Position numbers and translations under genes: made by a program. This document shows positions 38,301-49,600 of a stretch of 64,000 nt of DNA, one piece after another. Within the stretch, counting starts at the first letter, position 1. The number at the start of each line of letters is the position of its first letter. The notes beneath the pieces are model-generated. The model saw only the letters and a list, made by a program, of their open reading frames with translations, made no database searches and had not been told where the DNA came from. Origin of the DNA: Paraspadella gotoi. Taxonomy: Eukaryota > Animalia > Chaetognatha. The stretch covers positions 13,012,124 through 13,076,123 of the forward strand of contig CM119265.1 of NCBI GenBank assembly GCA_051294375.1. Direction: 5' to 3'.

Positions 38301-41300
38301 CATGATTAACCTAATTATCTGACAATATCGTTAATAAATTTGTTGATAAAAGTTTTAATAAAAATTAAACCATAACAGTAAATTACACAAATCTTACCTG
38401 CTTACTTCAAAATTTTTTAAACCAAAATACAATGTAAACATTGCCAGAAGCATTATTATAAGTATTTATAATATTTATATTTATAATTATTATTTAAGTA
38501 TTTCCAAAAATATTTTTAACTGTTATGTCTTAGAATGAGACTAAAAAATAAGTTTTCAAACATTTTTCTTCCACACCGCGCGGAGAAAACCGAGCAGTTG
38601 CCTTTGCTGCATCAAAAAAAAAGTATTATATTAATAAAATAGAATTCGTAAGATCTTTGGCTGGCATCGATGGGAAAGCATCAGAAACCTTAGAGAAGGT
38701 TTTGGTTACCCTGACATTTATAATATTTTCAAAATTAGTCATGAACGATTCATGAAACGTTTAACTTTGACGAAAAATAAAGTTTTGTCTGATTTCTATG
38801 AAAATATAGAAATAATCTCGTAGCTTAGTTTTCCTTCACGTTAACGTCTTAATTCTGTTTTTTATTTGTTGCTGATGTATGCTACTGTATCATTATTGAT
38901 ATGAAATAAAATTCTCATTAAAGAATTTCAAAAATATTAATACATCGTCTAAAAGCGAAGAGAGTATTATACAAATATTTCAGATTTTAAAAATCATTAG
39001 GGGTTTTAGAATAATGATTTTTAAAATTTTGTCTCGATGTATGGTCCCAACCCTGTATTATTATATCCATCAGTCAAACCAGAGCTTCTGAGGTGACTGC
39101 ATAGAAGTGTTCTCATTTTCATGCTTAAAAATATTTAATTGGTATGTTTTTCTAAATCTATTGAATGTGGTACACACTATATAAATGTCTGTTATTTCCA
39201 AAATCGAAGAACTGGCAGGGAAGGCGTTAATTATAGTTAGCAACTTGTAATTAAAAATTTGGTTACAACTTGAACGCAGAAAAAGAAAATATGGATTAAA
39301 GCCCTCAGAATGCACGGTTATTACAGAGAACATGAATTTCGACTCTCCAACACGCCGTCTGAAATTTTTCTCAATCCATTAAGTTAACACGAGGAAAAAT
39401 GCTCAAGAGGTTAAAACTTCATTCTCATATAAACAATCTATGCCATAGACTATGGCAAAGATTTCAACAGAAGGGGTGGGGTTAATGGGTTTTTTAAAAT
39501 TATTTCAAACGAAACTTGTATTAAAAGAATGATATCTTTTACTTTTTACAAAAAAGTTTTGACCAGAATACCGAAAAGTTAAAAAATAACTACTTCCTCA
39601 TGTGGCGACGCTTAATTTTAAAATGAATAACTGGGAAATATTTCTATTTTTGATAATAAATTAATTCTTAGCTTAACCATGAAATAAACTAAAAAAATTT
39701 CAGACCTCAATCCTTTGTCATATTCTTGTTTGCTCCTAGTAATTATTAAAGCAAGTTTCTTAGCGACGATTACAAAAAATATTTTCAATAAGAATATTTT
39801 AAATATTAAATATTTCAAATTAAAAGGACAGCAGTATTTTTTCTAGGATTGAGGACAGCGTTTTTGTCATGGAGGATCAGGAAAGATAATTACAGGTCGC
39901 TACTAATTAGCGTATCCGCATGCTAAAATCTGACCGAGTATAAAACTGCAAACTTTCTCAATGAAACCAACCTTCGTTTGTTGTTGGTGTTGCAATTCTA
40001 GGTTTGGTTCGTATCCTAAATGTCCCTGCATTATTATCTCAACCTCCTGGTCAGAGTCATAAAATCCGGGAGGCTTGCAAGATTTATCTACGGGTGCAGA
40101 TTTGACCTGGACATGCGAGTGAGATTGATCTAAAATTGACTCTCCTAAAAATCTTTTCCGCATACATGGTGACAATTTTATAAGCGCCGATAAAAAAAGC
40201 TGTCATTTTCAAACCCATGAAGATTTTTTCAATGTTAACTATGAATTTAAAAGTAAAAACTCATCGTGAATTTCCTTTCGTTTCGTTATTTTGAATTAAT
40301 AGAAGACGTTATTGTAGCAAGAAGTACATGTTTCGACTTTAGACATACAAGCCTTCATCAGCGTCAAAATTGTTTGTGAATTTTTTGAAAAAATTTTGTG
40401 CAAAGGGGGGAGAGAGAGAAATAGAGAGAGGTCAAAGTTTCTAACGAAACAGGCGGAGACCTTTGCGCAGGCAATGGGCAAACGATGCCTATCTTTCAAC
40501 TGCAGCAACTCATTTCCTCTCTGTGGAGTGAGCGCCCACCAAAAAGGCGACTGCAGGAGGAAGGGAAGGAGTCCACACTCCACAACTCATGTCGCAAAAG
40601 TGTCAAAAATTGACAACCACCCATCTCGCCAGCAGGTGAGAAGAGGGCAGTCAACAGGCGTACCAGGCCAGAGACATTAGGGTAGCCTTTGGACTCTTTC
40701 TGCAAGGAAGCCTCCCTAGTCCAACACATACAGGCTCAACCAACATGACCTCTCATTTGAAATGAACTACAAATTATTCTGCTACAGATTTGAAAATCGT
40801 CTCTGATTTTTAAACTCACTTTTTTTAAGATTTGTTCTTTCAGTAAGTTTTCTGAAAAAATTTGAAATAAAATAAATTAATATTATTATCTTCTGAAATC
40901 CCTTTCATATCTAAAGAGAATGATGTACTTACGAATACTGAAATATAAAATTTAACCGGTCCAGCTTTAATTTAATTAGGATACTCAAAAACGAGACATC
41001 TTTTCAAAAATAAATAGTTAAAGGGCAAATTTAAGATTTTTATCAAATTGTGATATTGTGGCGGTATATACGGAATATACCGCCACAATATACTATATTT
41101 GACTCTTAATTGAACCAAGGCTGGGCAACTTAATTTTTATGTTAGAGCTTTCGTAAGTATATCATTCTCTTCATATTTTTAAGGGCTTTCTGAGGATATT
41201 AATATTGTTAATATCTTAATAAAATGAATACTTAAATAGTGATAAAAGTTAAAAAGAAATCTTAAAAGCATAAGGATCGTCGCAATTGCAATATATACAT

Positions 41301-43632
41301 GGTGACAATTTTACAAGCGCCGGTAGAAATACGCTGTCATTTGCAAACCAGTGGTTATTTCATTGATTTTCAAATTTAGTTGAGTAGAAAATATTCAAAC
41401 TATTTATGTGTTAAATTTTATATTGATCAGTTAAGATATGCCTTGACAATGAGTGGAGAAAGTTGGCTTGTAAAATCGGGTTTCATTTTCCAACTCACTT
41501 TTTTTAGATTCAATTTTTTTTTCTTACTTTCATTAACAAAGTTTGATTTTATTTTGCAACGAATTTTATTTGCAAGAGCAGACATGTTTCGGCTCACAAT
41601 ACGAGCCTTCATCAGCGCATATGAGTTGTGAACTTGATACAAGTTTTAGTTAAAGAAAAGAGAGAGAGAGAGAGAGAGAGGGAGAGGAGAGAGTTAAAGG
41701 TTTCCAACAAAGAATTGAGTAAGGACAGTGATCAGTGGTGAGGACAGATTTTTAAAGTGGCTAGTTTGAATAAGTTTTGAAAAGAAGTGAAAATTGGTGA
41801 GAGAGACAGAGAGAGAGAGAGAGAAAAATAAATAAATAATTACATTTGAGCAATATACAACATAGATAAAGATAATGACTGTTTAATACAAATTGAAAAT
41901 TAAAAATTGAAAAGTTGAAAATTGAAATTGAGAAGTTGAAAATTGAGATTTTAGAGGGATAGATAAGTAAAGATTGTGGTGAAATATAAGAATTAAGAAA
42001 GAGCTTACTTTCAGAAAGTTTTCTGAAGAAATTTGAAATAAAATAATATTAATTTTATTATCTTCTGAAAGCCCTTTCAAATCTAAAAAGAATGACGTAC
42101 TTACAAATACTGTAGTATAAAATTTAACTGGCCCAGCTCTAATTTAATTAGGATACTCAAAAAACGAGACATTATGGCAACAGCCGGGTTGCCTGTGATG
42201 CCCATTGGGATGGGGCATCTCACTGTTGGCTTTGGGGGCTTCCGACCCTCAGTGACGCCTCCAGTCACTGGCGCGGTTACCCTAGGACGGTCTCGCTTTG
42301 CCAACGCAGAGGGAAGTCGTTAGGACTGTGGATGGAACACTACGCCTGGGATGGTGTGTTCCCCCTCTGAGCCAATGGATTTGGCTGAAGGATGGTGGAC
42401 GTGAGGCGGTGTGAATATACCGCCACAGGATCCCGGGCCAAAACATCACGCAGGTTCCTCAAGCTGAGAGGTGTCTGACAAGACTGTTACCATAGTGGGA
42501 GAGGAGAGAGAGAGCGCGAGTTGTGGGGGCATAGGCGTTTGTCATAGCGTACCCCAGGGGCATAGGGTTTGTCGTAGCGTACCCGAAGTTGGCAGGGCAT
42601 AGGCGTTTGTCGGTAGCGTACCCTTGAGAAAGTTGCGTGTTCGATAGTAGGGCTCACCACTTATGGCAACAGCGGTCTCGCTTTGCCAACGCAGAGGGAA
42701 GTCGTTAGGACTGTGGATGGAACACTACGCCTGGAATGGTGTGTTCCCCCTCTGAGCCAATGGGTTTGGCTGAAGGATGGTGGACGTGAGGCGGTGTGAA
42801 TATACCGCCACACCATCTTTTTTAAAAATCAATAGCTGGAGAGTAAATTTATATTTATCAAATTGTGATTGGCTATCTTAAATCCTTCTTTCTCAGGCTC
42901 TTTCATGATACTTATATAAATAATAATATTTTATGTTTTAATAATTTAAACAGGTCATATATTTTGAAAAAAGATTTAAAATTTTAAATAATTTACTTTT
43001 GACACTCTTAATTGAACCAAGGCTGGGCAGCTCACTTTTTGTGTTAAAGCTTTCGTAAATATTCATTCTCTTCATATTTTTAAGGGCTTTCAAAGGATAT
43101 TAATATTGTTAATATTTTAATAAATACTTTATTTAAAAAAGAGCTAAAAGTTAAAACAAAAATTGAATTTAAAAACAGAGTTAGAAAATGAAACCCGATT
43201 TTACAAGCCAACTTTCTCCACTCATTGTCAAGGCATATCTTAACTGATCAATATAAAATTTTAACACATAATTTTAACACATCGACACACAGGAGTCAGA
43301 TCAATTCTACTGAAACTAAAGAAAGCTAGGTCTATTTATATCTGGAGAAGAGGATCAGAGGCATGGGCTATTTTTACAATTTCATGGTTTCTGCAAGCTG
43401 ATTGGTCGAGGCCGATTCCGTCTCGACCAATCATGATTCGGCGATTCCATATCGGCGGAGATTTCCCGATCCTCCGATCCGTTTCTACTTTGAGTAGGAT
43501 TTGTTATCCTGCGATGATAGTTTTAGTATTTTCTACTCAACTAATTTTTAAAATCAAAGAAATAACCACTGGTTTGAAAATGACAGCATATTTCTACCGG
43601 CGCTTGTAAAATTGTCACCATGTATATATAAT

Positions 43633-43664
<32 letters not shown>

Positions 43665-46600
43665 AATAAAAACCCGATGTTGCGATAGCAAAATCATAAC
43701 ATGCACGAATGCGATGCCTAATTTTACGAGTTCAATCCTAATTACATTTTTTTTAAATAAAAACGCAGAAAGAGAAAGAGCAAAATTGTTTTCGGACGAA
43801 TCAGCAGAAGCAGCAGGAAAAACTTTTTCATTGTCAAATAAACTGATCAGCAGACGCAGCCCCTGAGAAAAAAGAAGAAAAAAAAAAAGAGAGAGAGAGA
43901 GAGAGAAGCCAAATCGTTTTCGGACGAATCAGCAGCGGCAGCAGCAGAGGCAGCCAGAAAAAAAGAAAAATCAAAAGGCAGCAGCAGAAGCAGCAGGAGA
44001 AAAGAGAAAAAGCCCCTGCAGACTCGTTTTTTTTTCCCAGTGGGGAAAAGAGAGAGAGAGCTACATATAATTAAAAGAGAAAAGAAAGAGAGAAGGAGAC
44101 ATAAAAAATTTGTTTTTATAAAACGTAAACAAAACATAATTAATAACTGTCCTTACCCAATTTCAAGGACCTCGATGATGAGAAGCTGTATATAAATTTT
44201 CAGCTTATTACACCCAAATTTAATCATAAAAAAGGCGATCTATAATTTGGAACGACGACAACAACAACGACGACGACGCCACTTATGTGCAAAACCACAG
44301 CAAAAACTGAGTTGGAAAATGAAAGCCAATTTTAAAAGCCAACTTTCTCTCCTCATTGACAAAGCATATCTTAACTGATCAATATAAAATTTGAACACAA
44401 ATGATTTTAATATTTTCTACTCAACTAATTTTTAAAATCAATGAAATAGTTTGCAAATGACAGCGTTCTTTTACCGGCGCTTGTAAAATTGTATATATAT
44501 GTATATTGGCACTCCACCCTTCGTAAAATTAAAAATATTGCTCAACTATTTGATATTCATTTCGATTAAAATACACAAATTGTCCTTTTTCGTTACCAAA
44601 TCCTCAAAGGTGTTTTTTGGCTCAGTCTCTGCTATGAATTGGTTTGAATTTTCCCGCTGATCAAGCTCGATCTTCTCCACCCGTAATATAGAAGGTTCAG
44701 GGCATAACGAATCATTTGATTTCTCCCCGACTCTCTCGAGATCCGGAAATACGTTGGGCTTTTAAAACCGTTCGGAGATCGACAAAAAACCGATTGTTGG
44801 TTGGGGGAAAATTGAAATCGATTAGTACGTACGCCATGAGCCAATATAATTCCAAATCAGAAGCAAGAAGAGTTCGTTGATTTATCGAGTATTTTGATAG
44901 CTAGCTTATAATACAAAAAAGTAATTACAATGGGACGACTTTCAAACGATAGCTTATTGCAAATAAGAACTTATAGATCATTGCAGAGAGTAATTATTAA
45001 ACTTCAAATTACAAACGTTAAATTTTTTTTTCACCTTTTTATGATCATTCTATTTAATCGGAATCAAGTGGAACTAGTTAATGGCTACCCTTCTAGCCGT
45101 TTTATTTTTATTCTTATCTTACTTTTTATCTTATCAAAAAGAGTAATTACATCACTGCTTCCAAATTGATAATTCCTTTGTAACCAAATTTGCACCAATT
45201 GCTCCTTCAATGAACTTTATTTGACTTAAATGAGAATTAAAGCTTAAAAGATTTTTATCCGCCAATCTACATTGTAATCTGTATTGGAGTACTTTTTTTC
45301 ATAGGTCTGTAGATTATAATTTTGTTTTACAAATTAACCAAAAAGCATCGAAAGAAGCCTTAAATCTTTTTCTTCCACGCTCACCTCTGCGGCAGCGGGC
45401 GAAGCGGTAGATCCATCAACGACACGAGGATCCGCACGTCTTGCTTCTAAAGTACGTTTGACATCAATCGCCCGGGCAGCAAGAGCGCCGTCCCCGTAGC
45501 CCAACAGTTTAAGCCACTCGCCACGAGGGTCTTGGGCGAAGTGTGCGCCAACGAATCGCCAAAACTCGCGGTCAAAATCGACGGTTTCGGAGGCTGCTTT
45601 AGTGGCGCAAAAGTCTCGCAAGGAACCGGCTTGAACTACGTTCCTAAATTGAATCGCGCGGTCGACCAGCTCCTCTTCTGTGATCACCTAAAAAAAATAT
45701 TACATTAGAATAGTACACATTATGTCTTGAATAAAATGGAAATTCGGAATTCTATATAGTATTAAGCATCTAAGAAAAACCAACCTGCGATATAACGACT
45801 TTTGATTCTTCCGCGAAGGAAACGAGCTTCCCGCCAAAGGCAAATGAGACACCCTGTGGACATCGAAGCCACTTGGGCGGCTTCTTTAAAGGCGGCACTA
45901 CCACTTTCTTTGGTGTCAATTGAGGAACTGGTGTAGAAACAGAGCCGAACGCTTCCGAGATGTCTACTTGTGGCTTGTCGGACAATTCATGAGTGCCACC
46001 CATTAACGAATACAAGCTAAGAAATAGAATTATAGCTTAGGTGCGTGGTAATCGAGAATCATTTTTTTAGTACTTATTTTTTACTATAAGACTGACTATA
46101 TAGTATATACCATATAGAATTTATGCCCCAATCTCATTTTTATCATACTGTGGCGGTATATATTCACACCGCCTCACCTTCGAGTTTATTCAGCCAATTC
46201 CAATGGCTCAAAGGGGAAACGCACTATCCCAACCGTGCGTTCTAACCACAGTCCTAACGACTTCCCGTGTTGTCAAAGCGAGACCGTCTTAGGGTAACCG
46301 CGCCAGTGGCAGAAGGCCAACTGAGATGCCAGATCCCAATAGGCATCACAGGCAACTCGGCTCTTGCTATAATACCCAGTTTTTCACCCACTACTAAACT
46401 AACCTTATGTGTCCGTCGAAGGCGCAGCTGGAAATTATTGCAGGATTTCGAGGGCACCACTGGACGTCAAAAGACCATTGCGATGACAGGGGCATCTCAT
46501 AGAGGACTTCGCCCCCCTGGACATTCGCATTAGGATCCCAGCAAAGTATGCGGTTATCTTTGCCACAGGAAAGAAGTAAGTCCGGGTCAAGAGGACACCA

Positions 46601-49600
46601 GGCAATTGAAAGCACCCCTAACAAAGTGTTTTTAAATGGTATTTGGAGATGGAGAAATGTACATGTATATGAGACTAAATTGAGAAAGAAATTACCTCTT
46701 TGATGGCTCTCTAGTGATCTAACCGGAGAAGTGGCGAATCGAAGATCCCATATTTGAATAACGGGGGAATGATCGTCTTCAGATGCTAACGCCATCTGGG
46801 TTGCAACTTCTGGATGCCAAGACACTTGCTTACAACGTAGACGAGAAACAGAGTCGCTGACCTGAAATAATGTGGATAATGTGTTTAAGGCTTTTTGTGG
46901 GCTGACCATCCATAAATCTTATCTTCTGTAGCCAGCCATAAAACAGGTCCAGTCTTAAAACCAGAATATTGTAAATTATATGAGTCAGATTTCATGTTCC
47001 AATCCAAACGATTGTCCCTAAATTGTAAAGCAATAACCTTTATGATTGGTTCGTTCTTTCGAAGATCCCAAACTATACAACGATTGGCAAAGGTACTGGC
47101 GAGAATGTGTTGCACTTGAGTGTTCCATGCAACAGAAGTAACGTCATCTGCCGGCTGCAAATGATAAATAAATAAATAAATATTGATATGTTTTATTTAC
47201 AGAAATTTTATTACCTTTCCTGAATCCTGATACTTCAAGAGTAACAATAACTAACAATATCTTATAATTAAGGCGAAAAATGGCTGAGTATACTCACCAT
47301 AGATTTAGATCCAGGAGCCATTGCGTTAACCGGATTATTCAAATCCCAGAGTAACACTTCCGACTCTGTAGCCCCAGAAGCAAGAAGGTTTGGTTGAAAT
47401 TTGTTGAAATCCAAAGCCCTTACCGCTCCTGGGATTAGCAAAAAATATAAGTAAAGTATAATATAAGTAAAGTAAAGGAATATTGGGACTAAATAAGTAC
47501 AACTAGATATTATGTACAAAAGGCTTCATATTATAAAATGAGGTACCCGTTTTTTGTGACCAGAATCAGTTCCCACCAAACTACCGATCGAATTTCATGA
47601 AATTTTATATAGAGTCATGGAACTCTCGAGGCGAATTTTGATATTCAACTCGTGACAAGAGATACAGAGCCCTGGGGCTAGACCCCAGTGAAAAAAAAAT
47701 TTTAATTTTTAAAATTGTTTATAATATCAGGTGCATTGACGTTTAAACATAAACTGAATGATTGATGCCGATAACATATGATTTTGTAATAGTATTGTGT
47801 ATATAATGTTTAATTAGTATATATGGATGTGAATAATATTAGTTACTGATAGTAATTGATGATTTAGTATAGTAATTGATGATTTATGTAATAGTAATTG
47901 ATGATTATGTAATGTAATGTGATTGATTTGTAATGTAATTGTGATTTTGTAATAGTAATTTGATGATTTATAGTAATTGTGTAATTGATGATTTATGTAA
48001 TAGTAATTGATGATTTATGTAATAGTAATTGATGATTTATGTAATAAATTGATGATTTATTGAATAGTAATTATGATTAATGTAATAGTAATTGATGATT
48101 ATGTAATAGTAATTGATGATTTTTGTTAATAGTAATTGATCATTCATGTAATAGTAATTGATGATTGAGGAAAATTTGAAAATTACTTGTTTCACCATTT
48201 TCTATTTTTATATTTTATGAAGGATGTAGTATTTAATCTAAAATTGTCGCGGTTTTGAAAAGTCGGTTAATTTCAATTGTCAAATATATTTATTGGCCGA
48301 TAAACTTTGTTGAAATCCAAAGCCCTTACCGCTCCTGGGATTAGCAAAAAATATAAGTAAAGTATAATATAAGTAAAGTAAAGGAATTTGGGACTAAATA
48401 AGTACAACTAGATATTATGTACAAAAGGCTTCATATTATAAAATGAGGTACCCCGTTTTTTGTGACCAGAATCAGTTCCCACCAAACTACCGATCGAATT
48501 TCATGAAATTTTATATAGAGTCATGGAACTCTCGAGGCGAATTTGATATTCAACTCGTGACAAAGAGATACAGAGCCCTGGGGCTAGACCCCAGTGAAAA
48601 AAAAAAATTTTAATTTTTAAAATTGTTTTATAAGCATCAGGTGCATTGACGTTTTAAACATAAAACGAATGATTGATGCGATAACGAATTATTGATGTAA
48701 TAGTAATTGATGTAATAGTAATTGATGTAATAGTAATTGATGTAATAGTAATTGATTAATGTAATAGTATTGATGATTTATGTAATAGTAATTGATGATT
48801 TATGTAATAGTAATTGATGATTTATGTAATAGTAATTGATGATTATGTAATAGTAATTGATGATTTATGTAATAGTATGATGATTAATGTAATAGTAATT
48901 GATGATTTATGTAATAGTAATTGATGATTTATGTAATAGTAATTGATGAGTTTATGTAATAGTAATTGATGATTTATGTAATAGTAATGATGATTAATGT
49001 AATAGTAATTGATGATTTATGTAATAGTAATTGATGATTTTTGTAATAGTAATTGATCATTCATGTAATAGTAATTGATGATTGAGGAAAATTTGAAAAT
49101 TACTTGTTTCACCATTTTCTATTTTTATATTTTATGAAGGATGTAGTATTTAATCTAAAATTGTCGCGGTTTTGAAAAGTCGGTTAATTTCATTGTCAAA
49201 TATATTTATTGGCCGATAAAAAAGTTTTAAAATGTAATGTGACCTCCCTAAGACTAAATAAAAAGATTATTTTTCCACAGCATAAAATTATTTAATACAA
49301 TCAAATACTTTCAAAAGAGATTATCTCCAGCTGTCTTCACCTCTTTTTGATCAAGAGGACTTTTCTCACATTATTATTACTATTAAATCTCTGACATAAT
49401 ATTTTTTATCAGATGGCAAAAAATGGTCCTTGGCAAGCAGTGAAAAAGATTGATCTTTTATAAAAAAAACCAGGCTCGAGTTGTTGTTTCATAATGTGAT
49501 GATACATTATCTTTTATTTTAACAAAATCTTGATTTTTGTTTTTTTTTGGATATGTTTTATATTTGGTTCTGATAATACATTCAGAGGTAAATAAAAAAA

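Larger units (their letters stand above)
41298..43622. mobile_element. Long-TIR foldback element (TA flanks) nested in an older copy (40165-44491) and hosting further insertions
   Basis: TA-CATGGTGACAATTTTACAAGCGCCGGTAG ... CTACCGGCGCTTGTAAAATTGTCACCATG-TA. Confidence 0.75.

Noticed and set aside
42527-42623. Three ~28-nt repeats as a CRISPR-like array
   Set aside because: Spacers are only 3-10 nt, no cas genes, eukaryotic context; internal to the TRIM-like element
42627-42659. tRNA-Trp gene or pseudogene
   Set aside because: Only the 3' portion, with CCA, abutting an LTR; better read as a primer-binding site
48690-49085. Regular 22-bp repeats as an array with function
   Set aside because: Head-to-tail minisatellite with no unique spacers
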